A DNA stretch of 64,000 nucleotides, from positions 58,838,001-58,902,000 of the forward strand of contig OZ260665.1 of NCBI GenBank assembly GCA_965285935.1, given 5' to 3'. Below are positions 39,028 to 51,327 of the stretch, piece by piece. Made by a program: the position numbers and the translations under genes. The stretch comes from Ophelia neglecta. Taxonomy: Eukaryota. Numbering within the stretch: the stretch's first letter is position 1; the number at the start of each line of letters is the position of its first letter. The notes under the pieces are model-generated. The model saw nothing but the letters and a program-made list of their open reading frames with translations, did not search any database and was not told the DNA's origin.

Positions 39028-40949
39028 AATTCGTTTAAACTATAATATGTGACAATTGCCTGCTTTACGCTGTGATAGTTTTTAATTACATTTTTTATAT
39101 TCTATCTGGCGCAAATATTTCACTGAAATAAATTTATTATGTTCTCAGGCTTTTTCATAAATTCTTTGAGTTGTGTGCTTTCTTGGCCTGGGTGACACGG
39201 ATACAGATATGTGAGGATCCGTTAGTCCTTTTTGGGTTATACGTGCCGGATGTAGGCTTAAGAACTTTATATCGAGATTTTTTAACAACTATTATAACCA
39301 CATTATATTTATGAGTATACATGATACGAAGCGCTTTCAAGAAATGCATAATGATAAAAATGGCAAAATAGGGTATGAAGAAGAAAAATTGCTGAGACAA
39401 GCATTTTCATCGCCGGTAATGTCTTATTTGATAAATGATCTCACGGTTGACACTCGCTTAATATACACATCTACTATTAAGATACCATGACCAAAGTAGT
39501 ATTAAACTCCCACGGTGAATTTATGTACAGTTGAACTGCTTGGCATAGATTTAAGTGTTTTTCTTAAACTTAATTTGCTTGAGCATACTTTCTAATCATT
39601 GATAGGCCTATTAGGCGATTGCCCAGGCCTAATTCTTCAGATCATATAAATTCACTACTCATAATTAACCCGCGCACTATCTTATTTATAACACAAGTGT
39701 GTAAGTGGGTTAATGTGCAGTTTGAATTATTACCACTCCTCCATCTCACTTGTAGGTTTAATGTTAAAATCCGTTCCGGTCATTACACATTCGGATTTTT
39801 GTGATAGTTTGATATTGGCAGACTCGTAGATTTGGTAGAGCATGTCTGCTGCTTGAATAACCATTTCAATGATAAATGCATGGATTTGATGGCCAGCGAT
39901 TAGCCTCCTGGCCATTTCATCCCACGAGTCTCTTTTACAGTTGGATTGCAATACTCCTCCAATAGTTAAAATCAGTGGCAGCACAGCCTTTTCTTATTAA
40001 AAATGCGCATTTCATGTGTTAGAGATTATTAGTTTTTCTGCACTGGAAGTCAAGCCAAGCCTTCTCCTTTTGCCTTCCTATAATAAATATTAGCCATACA
40101 TGGGTTCAATATGCATTTTCTTAGTAATGCAGCTTATACAATTCTGCAATACACAGCTAGCTGTAGTGACATTATCAATGTTTATAAAGATTAATATTAG
40201 CTATTCAGTCTTATAATTTATGCGCTTGTTTCGCGGATAGGAAAAACTACTTGTTATTAACATTTAAAATACTTTATAACTCCAGACGGCCGCATATTAT
40301 AAATCTAACTCTGAACGACTGTTTCCTCAGATTTAAACAAAGTTCTACAGCACGTTTATTTTGCCACGGCTAGCAATACGACTTTTATAAGCGTTAAGAT
40401 ACTTTTCATTCGGGTTACAGAAATCCTGTTCTAATTATTTTCTTAACAAGATAGGAAAAGTCACCAATTTGGGAATGGCTGCTACTTGATGGGTTCCAGA
40501 AAAAGAAATTGAAATAAAAAAACATCGCTACGTCACGCTTTCTTAAACGCATCGCAACAATCGAGATGGACCGGACAAAGGTCGTCAGGGACGGCCAAAA
40601 TGGACGTTTAACACCTGCAATTTTCAAAATGCAGTAGAAGGATTTAATCTAGGCCTATATGTGGGACATTATTTCACACTGAAAATTCAGCAGAAATTCA
40701 TGATAGTTTTAAACTGACATGGCTACACAGGTGTAACTAGTCAAATTAATAGAGCAAATAAATGATATGGAAACCCTTTACTCGATATTTTCTAGTAATA
40801 AATTCTTTTACAGCTTGTGATATTGTATATTAAGTGATTTCTACATGCATGGCTGTCGATAGTCCCTGTTAAATGAGATCTGTATGAGTAGTTGTGATCG
40901 ACGCACGTGCTTATATCTGCAAGTATCTATATATATAAATATTGGTCTA

Positions 40950-43500
40950 TTGGTAATTTTCAAGTTGATAATAATGGAAGCACTGCTTCAAGCAAAGGGA
41001 TGTGTCTTGTAAATCCCGCTTTCAACTAGCTGCTTCCACCAACATTATGCCCTTCAATGTGAAGCTCATATTGCGGACATAAAACCGATATCCTATGTAA
41101 TCAGAACTTGTGCATCGTAGACCTTCTGTAGTCCTAATAAATGAACTGCCGTTCATATATATTAGCTGTGGCATTTATTCGCCAGAGGTTATTTTGCACA
41201 GCTTCACCAGCTACTGGTCTGATTTGTTTAAGGAGAGATAAAACCTGACAGGAATGATGATGAAAGTTACTTCAAAATCGATGTTATGCCTCGTAAAGTT
41301 TGGTTACGACTTATGTATTCCAACATTAGGAGATTCGAATCCGTCGACCTGGCTTAGCTGTATGAACGAAACGCAGTAAAGGAGCAAGGCTGCATTGTTA
41401 GCTTCCTACCATTCAGAGTAACTTTGCCATCGCATTTACGACATATACTGCCTTTTTGTGTAATTCTTGGTTAGTTGTCCTCAATCTGTATACGTTTTCT
41501 TTCTGAGAATAAAGGTATAGATGATGAATCATTGTTCCAGCCCGAACCGTTGTTTTGTCGACTAAAATCCACACATTTGTCTCATTATTCACCACCATTA
41601 TGACGTAAACTCTTGTCTTTTCATGTTTCCTCTAGTCGAGTCTCAATGTTTCAGGTCAAAAACTCAACCCGCATGGTCATTGATCTACAAACGACCTTAA
41701 CAACATCAAACGGTACAAAGCCAGCCCACGCAATTGACTGATTGGGACAGTGCAGAGTCCATCAGCATCTGCTCATCACTGAAACCGCGAGGGTCACATA
41801 AAACTGCCGCAAGGCTTCTATTAGCAGACCAACATTGAAGCCAACAAAGATGAGACCACAATAGCGGCCTTGTGGACGACCCCCCCCCCCCCCCCGTCCG
41901 CACTTGTAAGCGTTAAGGATCTTGAAAAGGGAAAAGACGAAACCTCTTTTGTCTCGAACCAAATGGCCTACTACTAATGAATATTAAAATTCTTATTTTG
42001 GAGTCGAAATAATATGAAGATTCACAGCTGCCGAACTCAAAATGCATACTTTATCTGCTGATATGTTTGCTACCGTTCGGATGTTTTTACCGTATAGCAC
42101 TAATGGGAATATTCTGCAAAAAAGAAAAAAATATAAAAGGGATTTGGAAGCTTTCCTTATTTCTTCATTCATTAACCGACAGCGTGCATACACTTTCGTT
42201 ATTAAAACGAAACGCAGAATTACATTAACATTATTTTTCTGAGATATTTGCGCTCAAGAATATAATTTATGACCATATACATTTGCATTACAAATGGCCT
42301 CATGCCGTGGACTCTCGGAGTGGCTTTAGTAAAGCTTCCGGCCAACGATGCCCTCCTCTAAGTTCGCTAGCTAACAGTATGAACGAAGGTTTTTATAGAC
42401 CAAGCATACATGTTTTATCTGCATACCTCCTGCCGTTGAGTCTTGATATGAAAGTCACAAGAATGACAGCAATTTCAAACACTGCAGGTTGTCCAGTTAA
42501 TAGAGCACTAAAGTCTGTGTTAGTGTCGCACTGAGAGTTATAAATTCTTCCTTTCAAATTGTGAAATAACGACTTGACGGGTTTGCGTGTTTCCTTTTAT
42601 TGTTGATTACGATACAAGCAATGCATTCTAGTAAAAAAAAAAATAACTATTTGTAAATAAAAAATAGCTCTTAAGATGACGTTTGCGAACATCAGATAGT
42701 CTTGTACGACGGAATTTGAAAGCCTATGGTAGGTTTTAAAGAGGATTCAATTCAATTTGTTTGCCATTTTCACCATTTTGATTTTCTAATGGGCGTACCG
42801 GTACGTGCTATTAACCGTAATATAATGTCATGCAACATCTTTTAGGCATAATGTAACATTCCCATTATAAAGACATCAAGCTCATTCCACAATAGAACGT
42901 ATTAATAATGTCTTCTTACGCCATCTAAAGGGTGATCCTTGGTACAAAAATTAATATTACTAGTCAGGCTGGACTAGCATATGTGAACTGGTTAGGCTAC
43001 ACTCCTTGGTTTGCATGCTCCTGCTACCTCCAACCCTCTGGAGGAGACCCAGATGATGATCCGTAATTGGAATGAACTAGTTGCTTTGCCTCTCGTGGGT
43101 AGATACCATCGACCATGGCCTCATTTACTATTCACAAGAGGGATTCTGGTAACTGACTCAGTATCATGGGACTTTGGTTCTTATATTGCCGCAAAGTTTG
43201 ATAGCGAATCATTGCGAACGCCAAAATGTGACTAATTCAATATGTGCAATGAAGAAATGTGGGCAGTGGCTTCCAGTTAGCCTTGTCCTATATCATAATG
43301 CATTTATAATGTGTGTTATAAAGGTTCAAATTCGTCACTTATATTATCAAAGCCTGAAGGAGGTATTTTGAAGGCCGACTTCGGACCAGAAACTACCTTT
43401 CTGCAAACATATATACATGTAGTCTTCATACCTTCCCTCATCTTATCTCATTATCAAAAGATCGATATCTCGGATAGTGAAAATGCCAGCGTGAGTGTTT
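40950..43500 (-). pseudogene. Decayed copy A of a long Cys-rich, probably extracellular protein gene (family of 4 in window)
   Basis: Collinear homology to about 61350-63600 (e.g. 43010-43170 vs 63145-63300). Minus-strand peptide remnants match (MVDGIY..PITDHHL vs MIDGIC..PITVYHL; MLMDSALSQSV vs LLWDSPVAKQV) but contain many stops and frameshifts. Boundaries approximate. Confidence 0.55.
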
Positions 43501-45999
43501 TACCACATCAAAAGAATTAAAATTGATTAAACTAGGCCTACAAGTACACATGAAATAAATAAGTCCTTAAGATAGAATGGGAATGTAAAAAATATTAGAG
43601 AAGACTTTAAATGTTGGATTGTCATTGAAAGCAGTTGGGCATTGTATACAACGATTGAGGTCAGCACACTGTAAAGCCTAACGAAATGTGGTCGGTACGA
43701 TGAAATCCTCCATGGATCGTGGGTACAGAGACTCGGGTCACGGAAATGCTTAATACTGTCCTGATCTGACCATGAATCAACATTCGTAAAGCCCCTGTGA
43801 CAGCGGATCGATATCATTCTATTACGATCTATCAGTGAATCTCGCTGTCTTAATGTCCTCTGCAGTCAGATAATGAAGCCCTACCATCTGACTTGATTGC
43901 TAGTCACCTAACTAACACGAAGAACAGGTTGGAATCACCAGTATCACTTTGAACTATGTAGTTGTACTTGCTCTGAACTTTAAGCCCAACCGGTATTTGG
44001 TGTCACTGATATATTCCAAATGTGGTCTGCTTCTATGTTTTGGGACTTTACTTCGTCAAGTGTGATTTTCGTAGATTACCCCATTTCTAATGAACTTTTT
44101 CTAGTTCTTAACGTTGCACGTAGACGGACACCTCTTTCTCTGCCTTTAATACAGAAACGAGATTCTTGCTGGTCTTTCCAGCAACATCAAACCACCAAAC
44201 AAGGTTCCTAGCAACCTTTACATTTATGAACTAACACTGCCAATCAATACAAGAAATTGGACCAAAAATGCTCATGCGCGACTGGTGACACATGAAAAAT
44301 TGTGACGTTTTCAAAGACAACAATGCTAGACAAACAGCAAGGAAGAGCAAACGTATTTAATGCATCTTACCATAGGCCTATTAAACCTTTAAAACATCTG
44401 CAGGTTACTGCTGACATCCGAACAAAAAGACCCAACATGATTAAGGAAGATTGGTACACGCAAAGTCGTCCAAGTAGGTTATATACATGTATGACGCTTT
44501 CAAGACTACTCAGAAGAAATGTCCCTTCTCAAGTACATCAAAGACTGTCTTTCAAACTACCAGCAAACATGGCGAGTTGTCAACTATAGGCCTATTCCCC
44601 ACTGTATAAGTGAAAAGTTCTGTGTATCAGCCTCATTTATATACGTGATTATTGTATTTAGTTACTTTTGCAACTTGTTATGGTCAAACTGTTTCTGTAT
44701 TGGAAGGCATTTCAGGTGAACATCGAGGTTTCCCATTATTATTTACATCTTAAATAATTCAGTTACTGTTGATTTTATATCCTTTATTAATTAGTTTCTT
44801 TAGTTATGTAAAGAAACCTGACAAGTCAAGTGTACATGTTTTCCGAATTCTCAAACTTGTGGTTTTGTAGCCAGCTCAATCATGAGTAAAAATTATCATA
44901 TTTCTTCGTCACAGAAAGGTACAAGGCTAAACATTTACCATGAATGACCTGTTTGATAAGCCACACCTCACCCATGAAGCCATTCTCAGCAATGCGTTTG
45001 CCCCTTCAATGTTATTAGTCATTATAGGAATTAATAGCAATATACAATATGCAGCTGAAATTATAGCTATAATATTGAGAAACGGTGTGTAATATACCCA
45101 AAAATGTTGTTATTGGTTTAACTGATTCAATAACACTGTGTACATCATTAAAGCTCATCATACGTCAAGATCGTGATTGCCTGACTAATGACTTCAAATG
45201 GCGTCCAACTACCCTTGGAAGAGCACTTGTTGGGGTAGATAAACATATGGCGAAAGGTAAAACACTCGTTGTGGACCTAAATGTCAATTTTCCGCATGCT
45301 GTCTGGCGTGATATATAACCTCATTGATTAGCCCAACTGTGTAACAATTAACAACCTTTAAACCCGAAGGCATATACATGTAGTAAATGTGCAGTTAAAC
45401 AACTCGACGCTTAGAAAAAAAATATTTATGAAAGTTATAAACCCTATTTTGACCTCGACTCAAGAACGGGTGCATTTATTTTCAGTTTCTAATCTATCAA
45501 AGTAGCCATCATCCTGTAGATAATTAGAACCACAGTTGTGACAAGTCTCGATTATCTCTATGTGAGTTATTGATATTCATAAATACCGTACTAGAGGTAG
45601 TCTGATCAATAAGGTATTGCCGAATGCGCACGAAAATCTAGACGAAAGTATCAAGGTGTTATGATTTGGAACAATCTTCCCAGCCATGTAAAATCAGCTG
45701 GTTATGTTTGACACATTTGCAAATGTGCAAGCAGAGCTTATTTTCTTAGCTTATTGACCTAGTAATCAACATATAGTGGGTGTATATGGATGATAGTTGT
45801 GTATGTACTGAATGTGGCCTGGGCAGGATTGATGTTCCTGAATTAATACCCCTGGGACCACCATGGAAATAAGTGACTACTGTGCCTTTCCGAAGCCATC
45901 CTTTCACTGTGATGCAAATCTAGTCTGTCCTGTACCTTTTAATCATGCTTAGGTGTCCAATTCTTTTTTATAGTACACTTGTATTTGCCGATTACAGTG

Positions 46000-48900
46000 A
46001 GTAAACTATACTAACTAAAACTAAACACAGAAAAAGAGAAGGATGTAAAATGTCCTTGCAAACTAAGAAGGAAAAGGTGTTAACGTTTAAAGTAAACCAG
46101 CCACGCCTTTATTGTGACTGTATATGTGAGTCTGAAACATAATATATTATATTAGTATGATGCGGATGCACATGGGTCCGAGCCCGAGGATTATCGGAAT
46201 AGATCACTCCCAGTTCTGAACATAAAATCAGTTGCACGAAATAACACCGGTTTTATGGGTCCTATGTTCAGCGCAGGCATTGTAAAAATGATGAATGGGG
46301 CACCTTTCTTAGTCTAGTAACTACATCATATATAGCGCGTGGTTGTTATATTTCATATTAAGGCTACTCGTCTGATTGTTAAAAGACCTATGAAAACTCC
46401 CAGGTATCTTTTAGTAGGAAAGTCAATGTAAATTTCCTTCTCAGTCGTGTATAGTCATGATCTAATCCGACATGTATACATATAGCAATATTCAGTAGAA
46501 ATTCCACTTGCCACAGCTGGTTTATGAGGCGGTAAGTAATTTGCAAAGCCTCATAAGTGTATGCTAAACTTGCACAGAACCACATCACTTCTTAATAATA
46601 CACGGCTCCTTATCTTTTCTTGTAACACTGTTGAATAAGTTTTCCTTAGCTGTCCTTTTTCTGCTAAGGGAATGAAGACAAGGAATAGAAATCGGAGCAA
46701 GGAGCTGGCTCTCTCCCTTGTACGACAATCATTAACTACCAAGCCATTGCACCAGTGATTAAAAACACCTTCTTGAATGTTTTTTTCATAAGCTACATTA
46801 TATGCATTGACAAGTTACATTACTTTTTCTTTCATAAGTCATATCATGACTTTATGCTAGCTGAATATTTCATTCTGAAAGCATGAAGACTATGTTTTGT
46901 GCTCAAGACACTAACCAATCAAAATAAAGCATTCGTCTACAGATAGGCCGAAAAGACCACTGTTCTAAATCCACGGCACGTACTTAACTGATTAACAATG
47001 CGGAAAGTTTAATTGGTTTTTCATCTCTGCGCTCCCTAGGCTTTACTCAGGTCATTCGTTTGAAGACCAACAGCATTGAGGCTCAAAGATGCCTTGAGGC
47101 CAGTGGAACTTTTAGGCTTTACTCAGGTCATTCGTTTGAAGACCAACAGCATTGAGGCTCAAAGATGCCTTGAGGCCAGTGGAACTCACATCAATGTTTA
47201 TCTATGACTCCTGTTAGGAACTGAAAAGTCATTTGTTCATTCTTAGCGAGAGCTACAACAGTGAGGTCGAGCATTTTGAATAAATTCCGTTGGAGTCAGT
47301 ACATAGCTATATATAGTTCTTGACAATCCTTTGAGTCCAAGGGAAGCTTCTATGTAGTGTTAAATGATTCCTTTTTTTGTCGAGTCTGGGGTTAGTTTTT
47401 AGACAGTTCCAACCATTCAGATTAACCTGCTAGTCTAAGTTGGCAGCCTATGCTAGAAAGCTAAAGGATTAAAGTTGAGAAATAGCATTCTGACGGGGAT
47501 CGTGTTTTAAATGGTGTAGTCATTTTGTTTAGATGACAACATACACAATAGTAGATTGAAATAATATGCATCTGACCGTTGTTCGAGCTGACGCTGGAGA
47601 AAAGAAACCAACTATCCTATAAACTTCACTGTGCTCCATCAAGCCATTTTCGACTGGTCTCTAATTCTACAAAGTGGGCAAGGAGAGTATAAGCATAGCC
47701 CATGGAGAATAATCGTTATACAAGTCTACTACGAAATTATCAATATGATATACCACTACGTGCGGAGAGGACGAGGCTTGGTCGTTTTATGTCACATTTC
47801 ATCAGATAATAGAAATACAGATCGTGCTTGGACGATTACTGTTTTGACACCAACAGTATTTCCGGGCAAGAAGAATCACCCAGTAAAAGTCTTGATCCAT
47901 CATCAGCTGCATGAACATTCGGCAGGGTTAATTTGACCGAGTGGCCTTCGAATTGGCATGTAAGCGGAAACCTGTAACAGTGTTATATGTAGTGCAGGCA
48001 TCAACACATGTACCTTACAATAATCTCCATTTGTGAAAGACATCATAGGAATGTAAATGAAACACTTAAAATGAAAACTACAGACAAATAACATCGAATA
48101 TGCGGATGGAGGCGACAGTTGATGTTTTCCTGGTCTCTCTAAGGAATATTTACGAGTAAAACCCATACGACAATAGGCCAACATCGTTCTTACACAGTGT
48201 ATCTTCTTCAGTTAGATGTTTGGCTGCTGATATAATGAATAGGTGTTTTCCAGAATCTTTATTGACTTAGGTAAACGTTATCGGTGACTCTAAAAAATCG
48301 ATGTGTAAGCCTTAATTTGTTCGTTATGTGTTAGTACAATTGCTAAATAGGTTAATGATTAGTTTTTTTTACAAATATAGCCATATCAATTGATGCAGCT
48401 TTAAAGAGCGCTCAATTTTCTAATATTTCCCAGCGTGACCAAACGTATGAAACAACAAATGGTTCTGTGTTAGTCAAATGACATTCGGGTGATTTCTGCC
48501 TCCGGGTCATGCTATATATATACATTAATAACGGTCCTCCAATGTATACGTCGTTTACATTGGAAACAAAGTGAATATCCATAAGCAGGGTTCAGAATAC
48601 AGAATAAAGAACGGATATTTGTGAGCATCGAGATTGGTAGCCCTGTAAGGGTATCTCCGCGCTAAAAGTCTGCCGCCAGGATCAATATTTCGCTGATTTA
48701 TTGATGGTTTTGATGACCAGGGATTACCCACTTACTGGTAGAATTCTCCGAGCCTCCTAACCGGCCATGATACTATACCAGCAACTGCGATCGATGGTGG
48801 AAAAACCGTCTTTTAACCGCATGGCAAAATGACAGGCAATGTGATGCTGCCCTGTATATGAAGTGGCAAAGTTATATTTGCAACTAATTTTTATGTTTTG

Positions 48901-50030
48901 CCAGAAGAGTGAAGGAGGTTCAGACACTTATAAATAATATCGATTGAAGACGCTATAATGGTCTGAGCAAACATTTCTTAAAGTGTGACCAGAATCGTTT
49001 CAAATTAGGTGTTTAGGGTTCTCTTTTATCTGAAAAAATGAGAGGAGACAAGATGCATGCTGTGGTATATATCTTGCTAGTAACATTAAAATCTCAATAT
49101 ACTAGACTTGACCATGGTCATGAACCACAATGTTACTTTACCTATTGTTTATCGAGAAGATTCGTAAATAGTACTGTGTTCGAATTGTAACGGACTATCA
49201 AGTGGAGATGAAACAATGTATAAATGACCGCCTTAATACTTTTTTATTCCAGTATATTGGGAATAGTAATCATACAAAATAATTTAGGCAACCAGAAGAG
49301 CTTGTTCATGGTCATTGATATACTTGTTTTCGCTGATCAGACAAAAGCAGTTCTGTCCGATTCTCAATATTTTATCAAAAGCTGAGAAAATCACTGCTTT
49401 AGTAATCAATGTGGCCCCATGGTTTCACTTTAACGACCAACAATATAAGAATAAAATCAAAGAATGACCTCACTATACCTTTCGGGCCAAAAAATGCATG
49501 CGTAAGAGCATTGACCCCTGAAAGGGAACGACCACCCATTCATCTCACCAGTCGTGGTCTACATTCAAGGACTCTTTGTTTTTCTGATTTTCTCTTTGTA
49601 CATCCAGTTTATAATGTTTTTTTCTCATCTCGTCCTTACTGCTTTCTTTGAAATGAAAACACCGATAACGGCCGGATATGAAAGTTTATGTTAAAACTTA
49701 AATTACGTTGCCCAGGAATGATTTGCTGAAATACAATCTGTGACACTTTTTTCTTAAGATGTGGTGAGCGCACACGTTGCTCTGAACTTTAAGTCTATAA
49801 CTCCACACTCAAGACACATGTTAACCCCATTACTTCAGCTTTCCAATGACCATTTCCATTAATAATGAACTGATTCTATTCACTGGAGTAGCTTTCAAAG
49901 CCTACATGAAGTAAAACCGACTTTAAAGTTAACGAACAAACTCGCCGGACGTGTCTCAAATAGTCCACTCGGTGACCGTGAATGTGTTTGTTCGTATCTA
50001 AGGAGACGCGTTAATTTATATAATTAAGTC
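46000..50030 (-). pseudogene. Decayed copy B of the same gene family
   Basis: Collinear with about 56300-59600 (shared ccacggcacgtacttaactgattaaca; gtctgccgccaggatc). Minus-strand remnants HFKCFIYIP..DAC..VTGFRLH and ILHGLC, with frameshifts and stops. Boundaries approximate. Confidence 0.55.
47037..47186 (+). repeat. Exact 74-bp tandem duplication with TT spacer
   Basis: 47037-47110 is identical to 47113-47186; the paralogous site at about 57157-57226 has a single copy. Confidence 0.95.
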
Positions 50031-51327
50031 GTGTGTATCGCAAGGTATTCATCAAAGTCTCAAAGGTTACAATAACTATTCGAATAACATAATTATAAGT
50101 TATTGAAAATAAAGTGCTAAGAATACAAACATTACGATGTGGCAAATAAAAAACTTTTTTTTCATAACGATTTGTTTCATTTTATATTAACTTGAAGACA
50201 AAGCGCTGCTTTCAAAAAACAAACCCGTTCATCCAACATATTATGATTATGAAATTTCCCAAGCTCATATCACTGATGTCATGAACAAGTTATAGTACCA
50301 GTGTTCAGGTTAAAATGAAATAGGCCTATATAATTCTTGCGGAGATCTGGAAAGGTCTACTTTTAAGAATGTTTTTCGTCTACATAATTATGTCTTTGTC
50401 ACTTTCTCTTTGCTCATTTGCATGAGAAACACTGTTTTTTTTTTTGGAAAACGAATCTGGTCTACCAACATTTCTAGTCGAAAGAAGTATAAATTATAGC
50501 AATAAATACAAGTTAACTTTGTTAAGGTTATAGGCCTACTTAAAATATTTATTACACTATATTACTACATGACGCTAGTTGGCAGCTATGCGGACGATGT
50601 GATAAGCTCTTAACCTTGCTCTACACTATTGTTTAACTCCCCTTCATTTAAAGTGCTTCGCTTTTATATCAATAGACAGGCCAAGGCCATTGCAGTACCA
50701 TATGCTCTCTGATCACATCCTCCATTTTCAATGGTTTCAGGGCATCTGCAACAAAAATTAAGATATCAATAACATAATGCTATATAAAATAATTCGTATT
50801 ACCAGATCGATACCTTGCTTCAAAATTAGGTTCGGAAATTTGACATATATCCACCGTTTTCTGCGTATTCATCAGTGGGGGTTAAAAAGATGGTATTTTA
50901 TATCTATGCAGACACACGTCTAACGATAAACGTCTCGTGAAGTGTACAAATGGACCCTGGTTATATCTAAACTACTGTGATAAAGAAATATATGTCACAA
51001 GTTTTTAAGTGCTGCTCTGTTGCCCAAGTAGAAAATCGGAACCATGTATAAGAGAAACATGTTGCGTACATTGTGTACGGACTTTCGACATGATCAGTTC
51101 ACGGTCAGAACAGGTTCCAGCTAGATAAGGAATTGAATGTACACAATCGTACTGGTCGTATTCCTTTTACCGATACAGCTAAATTTTTTGGTGTATGCAA
51201 GGGCACAATAAACGCGGATCGCTTAAGGATAGTTTCATTGTCAGGACGCTTGGTTTTTCAATTCAAAAATCGGAGCCGTTTACCGCAGATATTTGTAAAT
51301 TTTCTCAGCGCTAAGGACATTAACATA

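Larger units (their letters stand above)
23781..39747 (+). repeat. Near-perfect direct tandem duplication, unit 7,982 bp (23781-31762 and 31763-39744), containing the whole GT31 B/C gene
   Basis: Sequence and the ORFs internal to the unit recur at +7982. CTC microhomology at 23781-83, 31763-65 and 39745-47. One substitution seen, T27555 vs C35537. Confidence 0.97.
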
